Shown: positions 10,761 to 19,426 of the stretch, in pieces | Layout: every line of letters starts with the position of its first letter | Position numbering within the stretch: position 1 is the stretch's first letter | Assembly: GCA_964607485.1 (NCBI GenBank) | Contig: CAZSKP010000002.1 | Location: forward strand, 43,907 to 107,906 | Origin: an uncultured bacterium | Lineage (GTDB): Bacteria; Abyssobacteria; SURF-5 | DNA: 64,000 nt | Direction: 5' to 3' | Translations under genes and position numbers: made by a program | The notes under the pieces: generated by a model | What the model saw: the letters and a program-made list of their open reading frames with translations, nothing else | Database searches by the model: none | What the model was told of the DNA's origin: nothing

Positions 10761-11468
10761 TTATTCGGCCGCTAACGCCCCTATCGCGTCGCGGTGGATG
10801 TTAATGCCGTGGATGCAGTAGCATTTGCCGCACTTGGCGCAGGCGGCGACCCCAAGGTCTCTTGCCTGCTCGCGCCTGTCAATCACGTTGAGAGGATGGA
10901 GGTGCAACTGCGCCAGCTTCACGAACACATAGGGGCCGGCGAACGGGTTCTTCTCGAAGTCATAGTTCGGGCAGGTCGAGTTGCAGGCGAGGCATTCAAC
11001 ACAGTGGAGCAGTTTCTTGTGAGTCTCCGACTCACAAATTACCTGTGGCTCCGAAAGGTTTTTCTGTTCGGGTATGTAGATCTGCAGTTCGCGAAGCGCA
11101 TTGAAAAACGCCACCCGGTCGACCACAAGGTCGCGGACGACGGGCATTCGGGCGAGCGGCGCGATTTTCATCTTGTCTTTCGCCTCGGTGAAGCATGCCA
11201 TTCTTGGCCGACCGTTCACCTCGACCGTGCAGAGCCCGCATTTGTTGAACCGGCAGCCGAACCGAAACGCCAGCGTTGAGTCGTCATTCTCGTAAATATG
11301 CATCAGCGCTTCCATCACGCTCGTGCGTTCACCGGCCGGCACGGCGTAATCAACCCACTTTGGCTCGACATCCGTCTCCGGGTTGTATCTCCTTATCGAA
11401 ATCGTCATGTTCATCGTTGCTTCTCCATGGCGGTGGATTTTCGCGTTGCCTCGCTTGTGTTTCGTCAT
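10761..11468 (-). CDS. SdhB/FrdB-like iron-sulfur subunit
   Basis: CRFNKCGLC...C [2Fe-2S] motif, CVECLACNSTC, CAKCGKCYC. ATGA overlap with the upstream gene. Confidence 0.88.
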   Translation of the reverse strand: MTKHKRGNAKIHRHGEATMNMTISIRRYNPETDVEPKWVDYAVPAGERTSVMEALMHIYENDDSTLAFRFGCRFNKCGLCTVEVNGRPRMACFTEAKDKMKIAPLARMPVVRDLVVDRVAFFNALRELQIYIPEQKNLSEPQVICESETHKKLLHCVECLACNSTCPNYDFEKNPFAGPYVFVKLAQLHLHPLNVIDRREQARDLGVAACAKCGKCYCIHGINIHRDAIGALAAE

Positions 11469-13144
11469 GAGCCCACCTCCACGCGACGAATTTCGCTCAT
11501 GCCGTCCTTCATCGTAACGACCATGTTCTCTACCGGAGACTTATCGTCGCGTTCCGGAAAATCCGAACGCACGTGCGCGCCCCGTGACTCCGCACGCTCA
11601 AGAGCCGACAACACGATCGCGTCGGCGGTGGCAAGCATATGAGACAGCTCGATTGCGTCGACAACTTCGCTATTGTGGGGTTTGGGTCCTGAAATTCTCA
11701 AGTCGGCCGCCTGTTTCTTTATGCTGCCTATTTCCTTAACCGCCTCTTCCAGACCATCCCGGTCGCGCAGCGGGCCGACCTTTTCCCACATTAACTTTTG
11801 GAGGGCTCGTTTCAAATGAACGGGGCGATGATTCCCCGATGCGCCAAAGAGCGAACGAACCTTTTCCAGAGCGTGCCGTGCCGTGGTTTCGTCCGCAATC
11901 CTGCGGTTGACGCTCTCTCTCGCGGCCGTCGTGCCCGCCCGTTTTCCGAACACGATTATCTCGGTGAGCGAGGTCGAGCCGAGCCGGTTGCCGCCCATCA
12001 CGCCGCCTTGCGCCTGTCCGCAGGCGTAAAGCCCAGGCGCGGCGCTCCGGCACCATTCATCCGTTTTCACTCCGCCCATATTGTAGTGAACCGTCGGCAG
12101 CACGTCCCACGGCTCCTGCAACTCGGCTGCTTTCTCTCCGTAAGCCCGCCGCACAATATCGAGGAAGACGCCGCCCACTCTTTTCATCAGCGCAAGCATG
12201 AATTCTCCCTCGGGCGCTTCCATGTTGGGCCTGAGGTCAAGGAGAAGCCCCCCGTGTTCGGTCGCGCCGCCGCGCCGGATTTCTTCCACTATAATCCGCG
12301 CGACCGCGGCTCGCGTCATGGGCATGATGTTCTCGAGCACAACATCTCCCTTGTTATTGAGCAATCGACCATGCGGGCCGGCCATAGCCGGTTCGCCGCA
12401 CGGAGCGCCGAGCATAGCGGGGGGATGCGTAATCGCAAACGGCAGGAATTGCACCTGCTCCATGTCCACGAGTTCCGCTCCGACGCGAAGGGCGAGCCCA
12501 AAACTGTCGCCCACTACGGCGGGCATGCAGTCAGTATGCGGATAATAGAGAGAGCCCGCTCCACCGGCGGCGATGATAGTGGCTTTTGCCAGCAAAGCTA
12601 TCGGTTCGCCCGAAATTTTCTGAACCGCCGCAGCCCCAACAACCTCACCGTCCCGAACGAGGAGTTCCGTGCAATATGTTTCCTCCAGAATCTCGACGTT
12701 TGCGCGAGCCGCCGCCGACCGCATCGCATGCCCCATCGATATGCCGACGGCCGGGCTTCCTATCGCGCGAGAACTCGTGTGTCCGCCGGGCGGAAACGAA
12801 AGCCTGTTCAAGACTCCGCCTTCGTCTCGCAAGAAGATATGGCCGAAGCCCTCGAACGTGATCGTCGCATCAAGCGCATCTCTCACGAGAGCCCGCACGA
12901 GCTTCGGGTCGTTCAGGCCTTCACCGCCCCGAATCATGTCATCCACGAACTGCTCTTCAGAGTCGCCGGTTGTCGTATCGGGCGACGTTGACATGACGCC
13001 GAGCGATATGCGCGTGTCGCCGTATCCGATCGGGTCCTTGGACACCATGACCACAGTCGCGCCCGTGCGAGCGGCTTCGACGGCGGCCGTCACGCCTGCC
13101 CCGCCGGACCCAATCACAAGCACATCTGATTTTCTTGCCTGCAT
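11465..13144 (-). CDS. SdhA/FrdA/NadB-family flavoprotein, atypical active site
   Basis: GSGGAG, GGHTSSR, DMEQVQF, HYNMGG, GGNRLGSTSL, ESRGAHVR. Confidence 0.9.
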   Translation of the reverse strand: MQARKSDVLVIGSGGAGVTAAVEAARTGATVVMVSKDPIGYGDTRISLGVMSTSPDTTTGDSEEQFVDDMIRGGEGLNDPKLVRALVRDALDATITFEGFGHIFLRDEGGVLNRLSFPPGGHTSSRAIGSPAVGISMGHAMRSAAARANVEILEETYCTELLVRDGEVVGAAAVQKISGEPIALLAKATIIAAGGAGSLYYPHTDCMPAVVGDSFGLALRVGAELVDMEQVQFLPFAITHPPAMLGAPCGEPAMAGPHGRLLNNKGDVVLENIMPMTRAAVARIIVEEIRRGGATEHGGLLLDLRPNMEAPEGEFMLALMKRVGGVFLDIVRRAYGEKAAELQEPWDVLPTVHYNMGGVKTDEWCRSAAPGLYACGQAQGGVMGGNRLGSTSLTEIIVFGKRAGTTAARESVNRRIADETTARHALEKVRSLFGASGNHRPVHLKRALQKLMWEKVGPLRDRDGLEEAVKEIGSIKKQAADLRISGPKPHNSEVVDAIELSHMLATADAIVLSALERAESRGAHVRSDFPERDDKSPVENMVVTMKDGMSEIRRVEVGS

Positions 13145-13327
13145 CTTCTCCGTCCTTTAGTGAAAGTCACGGAAAACTCACGCGAGAACTCCCTCTTGCC
13201 AACCTCGTTTTGCCGGCTCGATGTTCTCCAATCTCAATGTTCTTTCTTTGTCTTTCACCTCTTTCAACAAGAAACGAGAAACCCCGCGCCTTGCGCGGTG
13301 CCCTTTCCTCTTGCTCCTTCCCTCTTC

Positions 13328-13912
13328 TCACTTCCTTGCGGCGGACACGGCAGCGATAGCAGCGGCCGCAATTGTCTTGTCGTGTCCCTTGTTTTTCACC
13401 AGGTCCGGCGCGAAGCCGGGCGGCGCCAGCGACGCCAGAATCGGTCGAAGAATGCAGCCCAGGAAAACAGATGCAAGTATGCGCGAGTCACCTCCTCGAA
13501 CGACTCCCGACCGTTGTCCCTCCAGGATGAGCGATTCAATGGCGTCCACCGGATACCGTGTCTTCCTCGGCAGCTTCCACATATATTCGTCGACGTTGAG
13601 AAGAACAAATCTGAACGCGCTCGTCTCCTTACGATAGCTATCCAGCATCAGCGTGACAATATCCCGCAGCTTCTCGAGAGTGGGTCGACGCGAAACCGCG
13701 GCCGCCTCCATCTTGCTTACCAGCTTATTCAAGTAGTGCATGTGCAGAGACTTTGCAAGGTCTTCTTTCGACTCGAAATGCCGGTACAGCGCCGCCTCCG
13801 ATGTGCCGGAGGCGATTGCTATATCTTTGTTGCGCGCGCCATCATATCCTTTTTCGGCGAAGCAGCTCAATGCGGCCGACATAATCTTGTCCTTTTGACT
13901 GGGTCTTGGCAT
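13328..13912 (-). CDS. TetR/AcrR family regulator
   Basis: KIMSAALSCFAEKGYDG...ALYRHFESKEDL. Confidence 0.92.
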   Translation of the reverse strand: MPRPSQKDKIMSAALSCFAEKGYDGARNKDIAIASGTSEAALYRHFESKEDLAKSLHMHYLNKLVSKMEAAAVSRRPTLEKLRDIVTLMLDSYRKETSAFRFVLLNVDEYMWKLPRKTRYPVDAIESLILEGQRSGVVRGGDSRILASVFLGCILRPILASLAPPGFAPDLVKNKGHDKTIAAAAIAAVSAARK

Positions 13913-13971
13913 TCACACCTCCCGGCCCGGGAGCATTCGTCCATTCCTGCCGTGCGTCGCGCCCCGGATAA

Positions 13972-13991
13972 GTAAGTGACTAATAACTTAC
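13972..13991. promoter_or_regulatory. probable TetR operator
   Basis: GTAAGT-N8-ACTTAC palindrome immediately downstream of the tetR -10 box. Confidence 0.6.
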
Positions 13992-13995
13992 AATC

Positions 13996-14024
13996 ATTAT
14001 ATTGCCAGTTGTTCATATTGTCAA
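13996..14024 (-). promoter_or_regulatory. consensus sigma70 promoter for the tetR operon
   Basis: Minus strand TTGACA (14024-14019), 17 bp, TATAAT (14001-13996). Confidence 0.8.
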
Positions 14025-14084
14025 GTCATTCTCACGTGGAGTTTCCCCATTTTCCCCCGCGCATGTTTTCCATTCCGAAGCGAT

Positions 14085-14158
14085 GTCATGCTGAGCGTCG
14101 CGAAGCATCTCGTTTTGCACCAACGCGATAGCAGATTCTTCGCTTCGCTCGGAATGGC
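14085..14158. repeat. CGTC-type REP-like palindromic element, copy 1
   Basis: GTCATGCTGAGCGTCGCGAAGCATCT...AGATTCTTCGCTTCGCTCGGAATGGC. Same family as 22315-22397. Confidence 0.7.
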
Positions 14159-14373
14159 GGTCTGCGACTGCGATCAGAGGTGGTAAAAGACTGTCATATT
14201 CAGAATCTCGTAGAAATTGGTGGTCAAAGACATTACAACTTTTGTGAACAAGTTCTTGGGGAAACTCCTCACTCTCATCTGAGATAATCGGGAAATAATC
14301 ACAACAGCCTTGTGGTGCCGACTATCCCTGTTGGCAACGCGATAGTAACGTCACGGCGACAGACTTTCTGCTC

Positions 14374-14415
14374 TTGACATTGGTACGAACATTATAATAT
14401 ACTTACCATTGTCAA
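14374..14415 (+). promoter_or_regulatory. gntR promoter flanked by an inverted repeat
   Basis: TTGACA (14374)-N18-TATACT (14398). TTGACATTGGTA / TACCATTGTCAA form an 11/12 inverted repeat. Confidence 0.55.
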
Positions 14416-14491
14416 TGATTTATTTGCTTCTCCTCGCGCTCTTCTGAAAACGGAATCTTGCTTGTATGTTTGCACGTATGGAGAAAAATCC

Positions 14492-15256
14492 ATGAAGCTC
14501 AAGAAAGGACCCATTCCCCTTTACTACCAACTTGAACGCGCCCTGCGCAAGCGCATTCTCTCTGAACGAAAGAACGGCGTGAAGGCTTTTCCCAATGAGC
14601 GTCAGTTGTGCGAGGAATATGGTGTCAGCCGCGCCACCGTCCGCCAGGCGCTCATGATTTTGGAGCGCGATCGCCTCCTCATCAGGAAACAGGGGCGCGG
14701 CACCTTCATTACGGAGGAGGATGGCAAAGGCGATCTCTTTGTTGCATATGGTTTCATGGATGACCTCTTTCTCTTCGGCTCAAAGACGACTCTGAAACTG
14801 CGCTCCCGGAAACTGGTGAAACCGGATGCGCAATTAATCGAAGATATGCGTTTGGATGAACATGATAACGTCTATTGTTTTGAAGGCATTCGGATCTTTC
14901 ATGAGATGCCACACAGCGGGCTGTTCCGGGCATGGCTGCCTTGGGAAATCGGGGAGAAGATAACGCTTGAGAATTTTAGCAGCCCCTTCCTGATTGGCGC
15001 CGTCGAAGATGCGGCATTGCAGCGGGTCACCAGGGCGCATCAGACAATGTCTGCTGCGGTGGCCACTTTAGAGCATGCCTCAGCCATGGGTATTGAAGTC
15101 GGTCATCCGATCCTGGTTCTCAAACGCATTTTTTTTACCGTCGCAGACAGAGCGGTCCAGGTATCCGAAACGCATTTACCCGGAGAGGCATACCGGCCGG
15201 TGACCATTCTGGAAAGAATGACACAGCAGGATTCTTCTCGTATTCATAAAAGATAG
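14492..15256 (+). CDS. GntR family regulator (HutC/UTRA type)
   Basis: PLYYQL, PNERQLCEEYGVSRATVRQAL, QGRGTF, C-terminal UTRA-like region. Confidence 0.92.
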   Translation: MKLKKGPIPLYYQLERALRKRILSERKNGVKAFPNERQLCEEYGVSRATVRQALMILERDRLLIRKQGRGTFITEEDGKGDLFVAYGFMDDLFLFGSKTTLKLRSRKLVKPDAQLIEDMRLDEHDNVYCFEGIRIFHEMPHSGLFRAWLPWEIGEKITLENFSSPFLIGAVEDAALQRVTRAHQTMSAAVATLEHASAMGIEVGHPILVLKRIFFTVADRAVQVSETHLPGEAYRPVTILERMTQQDSSRIHKR

Positions 15257-15266
15257 GAGAGGGGCG

Positions 15267-17015
15267 ATGAAGGAGCGAAGCGAAGAAATCAAGACACAAC
15301 AGGAGAAATGGAATGAGGCATGCGTGGCGAAGGCGCTCAAGAGGTTTCCGCTTCTGAGCGAGTGTCCGAGCCGATTCTATACTCCGCTTGACATGAAGGA
15401 GGATTTTGATTTCCTCGAGAAGGTTGGCTTCCCGGGGCAGTATCCCTTCACGGCGGGAGCGTACCCGTTCGACCCGATGGCGGGGCTGTCCAAATTCGCC
15501 GCCATCGCGCCGACCGGCGCAGCCACCACACGCGCGGCCCTCTATTCCGGCTACGGGAAACCGGAGGACACGCGCGACTACTATAAGAGCCTGCTCGAAC
15601 GCGGCGGCAAGCAGGGGCCGAACCTGGCGATGGACCTGCCGACGCAATGCGGATATGATTCAGACAATCCGCTGGTGGCGGGAGAGGTAGGCAAGGTGGG
15701 CGTTTCCATCGACACGCTGCGCGACCTCGAAGTCGTCTATGAGCCGTACCAAGGCGACCTGAACCTGGACCGCATCGCCTCGAACTTCACCATCAACGCG
15801 CCGGCCATTTATCTGGTCGCAATGTACGCGGCGCTGGCTGAAAATCGAGGTGTGCCTCTTGAGAAACTTCGGGCCACACCGCAAAACGACATTCTGAAGG
15901 AGTATATCGCTCGCGGCACGTACATCTTCCCCCCGAAGCCGGCCATGCGGCTGTTTCGCGATACTCTTGTTTTTATCAACCGGCACATGCCTCGTGTGAA
16001 CATTACCAGCATGGGCGGCTATCATATCCGAGAAGCGGGCGCGACGCGCACGCAGGACCTCGCCTACAGCATGGCGAACGCCATCGCCTACCTGCAGGAA
16101 GGCGTGAACGCAGGTCTCGACGTGGACTCTTTCGCGCCACGGTTCACGTTCAACGCGTTCGGCGGCAGCATGGAGTTTCTTCATGAGATCGCCTTCCAGC
16201 GCGCCGCCCGGCGCATGTACGGGAAAATCCTGAAGGAGCAATTCGAGGCGAAGGACCAGCGCAGCATGATCATCAGGCAGCCGATCACCGCGCACATCGG
16301 TCCCTCCGACACGACCATTCAGCGACCGCTTAATAACCTCTCCCGCGCCGTCATGGGCGCCATCATGGGCGCGCTTTCCGGCGGGACGGCCGCCCCGTTC
16401 CCGCCCTACGACGAGCCGCTCGGATTGGGCTGGAGCCTCGAAGCGCAGCAGCTCATGCAGGACGCCGGCCGGATACTCATCTGTGAGGCCAGACTGCTCG
16501 ATGTCGAAGACCCGTTCGCCGGCTCATATTGTATGGAGTCGTTGACCGACGAGACCGAGAGCGAGGCATGGGATGAACTCAAGAAGGTCGAAGAGCTCGG
16601 CGGCGCCGTCGCGGCCATCGAGAAAGGATACATGCAGAAACAGATCGCCAAGAGCGCCTATGAGCGACAAAAGGCCGTCAGTTCCGGCCAGAAATTGGTC
16701 GTCGGCGTCAATTGCTTTACCGGCGAGAACGAACTCGAGGTCGAGACGACCCGTCTGGTGCCGCATCCTTATGACCCGCAGCGGCGCGAGCGCGCTGAAG
16801 AAGAACAAATCGCCGCGCTCAAGCAAGTGAAGAGTAGCCGCAATAACGATGAAGTGAAGCGACTGCTGAAGGAACTGGAAGAACAGGCCCGGCAGGAAGA
16901 TGTCAATCTGACGCCGCACCTGGTAGAATGCGCGAAGGCCTATGTGTCGATTCAGGAAGTGTGCGACGTCCTGCGCTCGGTCTTCGGCGAGTATGAGTCC
17001 GCATCGATACTGTAG
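15267..17015 (+). CDS. B12-dependent acyl-CoA mutase family, large (substrate-binding) subunit, divergent
   Basis: PGQYPFT, DLPTQCGYDSD, GEVGKVGVSID, QNDILKEYIARGTY, GYHIREAGA, DPFAGSY. Confidence 0.93.
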   Translation: MKERSEEIKTQQEKWNEACVAKALKRFPLLSECPSRFYTPLDMKEDFDFLEKVGFPGQYPFTAGAYPFDPMAGLSKFAAIAPTGAATTRAALYSGYGKPEDTRDYYKSLLERGGKQGPNLAMDLPTQCGYDSDNPLVAGEVGKVGVSIDTLRDLEVVYEPYQGDLNLDRIASNFTINAPAIYLVAMYAALAENRGVPLEKLRATPQNDILKEYIARGTYIFPPKPAMRLFRDTLVFINRHMPRVNITSMGGYHIREAGATRTQDLAYSMANAIAYLQEGVNAGLDVDSFAPRFTFNAFGGSMEFLHEIAFQRAARRMYGKILKEQFEAKDQRSMIIRQPITAHIGPSDTTIQRPLNNLSRAVMGAIMGALSGGTAAPFPPYDEPLGLGWSLEAQQLMQDAGRILICEARLLDVEDPFAGSYCMESLTDETESEAWDELKKVEELGGAVAAIEKGYMQKQIAKSAYERQKAVSSGQKLVVGVNCFTGENELEVETTRLVPHPYDPQRRERAEEEQIAALKQVKSSRNNDEVKRLLKELEEQARQEDVNLTPHLVECAKAYVSIQEVCDVLRSVFGEYESASIL

Positions 17016-17044
17016 GATAAGTCCGAAGGAAATTCATTCCAATC

Positions 17045-18829
17045 ATGAAAGATGATCCCCTGCGGTTTTCGCTCAATGACGCAACGAGCAATCAGGCGTG
17101 CAGTCTGAACGAGCTGTTGGGTCAGCATCTGAGGGAATTGCTTGACCTGCTTGTTCCAATGGCAGGGGGCCGGGAACTAAGTGTTGACGGCTATAAGCTT
17201 CTGCATGAGCGGCAGAACCTTCATTCTCTTGATCAGGGTGACAGGGGAAGAAGCGAGTCACCCATCGACCCGCTGGAATTGTATGAACCACGAGTCGGCT
17301 ACATCCGCCGCATTTTGGAATCGCTTCTGAATATTGTGGAACTGGAATCGGACGGGAATCCCCTGAAGGTGGACAGCTTCCGCCTGAAACACCCGCAGCA
17401 ATGGCTCACTCCCGGAGGCGGTGCCGACGATATTCTCGCTCACGCAGCAACTCGCTGCAACCTGCAGTGCCGCTTTTGCTACAATGCCGGAGCGCCCGCC
17501 GTCCTCTCGCCGGCGCCGGGCGACCCGGAAGCGGAGTACCGCCGGCTGAAGGCTCGTATCGAGCATTACGCGCCTCGGGGAAAATTGAATTTGTTCCCCG
17601 ATATGGGAAGCCCGCGAGAAATGCTCGCGCATCCACAGATTGCGGATATTTTGAGAGAACTGCGCGCCAGAACTACCGAGGTGTTCCGCATCCCGACCAA
17701 TGGCGCCGCCTTAACGCCCTCGATGGTCGAAGCGCTCGCCGGAGTCCAGCCCGTGTATCTCGACGTGTCGCTGAACTCCTCCTCGCCCGAGCGTCGAAGA
17801 TGGCTGATGAACGACCATGCTCCCGAGGTCGCCATCGGCTCCCTCGCGCTCCTGCGCGCCGCAAGAATTCCATTCTCGGTGGTGATTGTGCCCTGGCCGT
17901 TCCCCTCGCACCGTGAGATGCTCAACGACCTCAAAGCCACCGCGATGTTCTCGGCAGCCTTCGACCCGACCCTCATCCAGCTCAGCCTGCCTGGTTGCAC
18001 ACGCGCGCTGGAGTGGGACTCTGCATTCGCGCTGGATGAAGTGTGGGATGAATTGAAGACGACCGCGCGCGAGCTGCGCAGGCAGCTTGACTGCCCGCTG
18101 GTTATTCGCCCGGGGCTCTACGAGGATTTCGACGACCCCGTAACGGTCAACGAACCGCTTGCGCATGGCGTGATGAAGAATTCTCCCGCAGCCAGAGCGG
18201 GTGTCCGCCCGGGCGACCGCATCATAAGGGTCAACGGTCTCGGCGTAAGCAAGCGACAACAGGCGCGGGCGCTTTTGACAACCGTCCACCAGAGCGACCT
18301 AAAAGAGGCTGTCATCTCGGTCGAGCGTGCCGGGACGGCTCTTGATTTGGCGGTCGGGCTGCGCGATTACGATTATCCCTACACGCCACAGACGGCGACA
18401 CACCTCGGCATTGTGTTCGCGTCGTCGGGTATTCCCCAAGAATGGATGGACAAGCTGAAGGACGTCATCGTCTCGCACGGCGCGAAGAACCCGCTGCTGC
18501 TGACCTCTCGGCTGGTGTATCCGACCATCGAGAGGCTCGTCGCGCGGAACGGGTTTGCCGATGTGAAGCTGCATATCCGGGTTCCTCGAAACGACTTTTT
18601 CGGGGGAAACATCTTCATGGGCGACCTGATGGTTGTCGAGGATTTCATTCGAGCGGTCGAGGAGTTCATAGAAACGGAGGGCATTCGGCCCGACCTGATC
18701 GTCATTCCCTCATCGCCGTTCCATCTGAGCAGGTGGGGAAGAGACCTGACGGGTCGGGTGTATCTGGATATCGAGCGCGCTCTGAAGATTCCGGTTGGCC
18801 TGGTCGAATGCGAGCCGATTTTCGATTGA
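17045..18829 (+). CDS. radical SAM protein with PDZ and C-terminal DUF512-like domain
   Basis: CNLQCRFC; PDZ-like SPAARAGVRPGDRIIRVNG; NDFFGGNIFMGDL typical of DUF512. Confidence 0.8.
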   Translation: MKDDPLRFSLNDATSNQACSLNELLGQHLRELLDLLVPMAGGRELSVDGYKLLHERQNLHSLDQGDRGRSESPIDPLELYEPRVGYIRRILESLLNIVELESDGNPLKVDSFRLKHPQQWLTPGGGADDILAHAATRCNLQCRFCYNAGAPAVLSPAPGDPEAEYRRLKARIEHYAPRGKLNLFPDMGSPREMLAHPQIADILRELRARTTEVFRIPTNGAALTPSMVEALAGVQPVYLDVSLNSSSPERRRWLMNDHAPEVAIGSLALLRAARIPFSVVIVPWPFPSHREMLNDLKATAMFSAAFDPTLIQLSLPGCTRALEWDSAFALDEVWDELKTTARELRRQLDCPLVIRPGLYEDFDDPVTVNEPLAHGVMKNSPAARAGVRPGDRIIRVNGLGVSKRQQARALLTTVHQSDLKEAVISVERAGTALDLAVGLRDYDYPYTPQTATHLGIVFASSGIPQEWMDKLKDVIVSHGAKNPLLLTSRLVYPTIERLVARNGFADVKLHIRVPRNDFFGGNIFMGDLMVVEDFIRAVEEFIETEGIRPDLIVIPSSPFHLSRWGRDLTGRVYLDIERALKIPVGLVECEPIFD

Positions 18830-18841
18830 AGGAGAGGATGA

Positions 18842-19243
18842 ATGGAGAATAAGATCAGAGTTCTCATATCCAAGATTGGACTGGACGGGCACGACCGCGG
18901 GTCGAAAGTGGTCGCTTACGGACTGCGCGACGAGGGGTTCGAGGTAATCTATCTGGGCATCCGGCAGACGCCCGAAAAAATCGTAAGCACCGCGCTTCAG
19001 GAGGATGTCAAAGTCATCGGCCTGTCCATTCTTTCGGGCGCGCACATCCCGCTGACCCGGCGCGTCATGGACAAGCTCAAGGAAGAAGGCGTCGAGGACG
19101 TCACGGTGCTGGTCGGCGGAGTCATTCCCGAGGCCGACATTCCCGCGCTCAAGGAAATGGGTGTCGCCGAAGTCTTTACCTCGGGAACGGACATCGGCGA
19201 GATCGCCGGCGTCATCAGGCAGCGCGCGGGCTCGAACGCCTGA
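18842..19243 (+). CDS. mutase small subunit (cobalamin-binding domain)
   Basis: GLDGHDRG (DxHxxG), GLSILSGAH, VGGVIP. Confidence 0.95.
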   Translation: MENKIRVLISKIGLDGHDRGSKVVAYGLRDEGFEVIYLGIRQTPEKIVSTALQEDVKVIGLSILSGAHIPLTRRVMDKLKEEGVEDVTVLVGGVIPEADIPALKEMGVAEVFTSGTDIGEIAGVIRQRAGSNA

Positions 19244-19426
19244 AATGGGGGCGGCAAAATACCCCAACTGATTTATCTCTTCCCTACCTGGACAGATTTC
19301 TTCTTTTGATGACTTTTTGATGGAGATATGTTATAGAGTGGAGTATCGATTGAATCACGAAAAAGAGGCCGCTCTTCTTCACGGGTGCAAAGCATTGCCG
19401 GAGGGCGAGCTAAGGGAGGAAACGCG

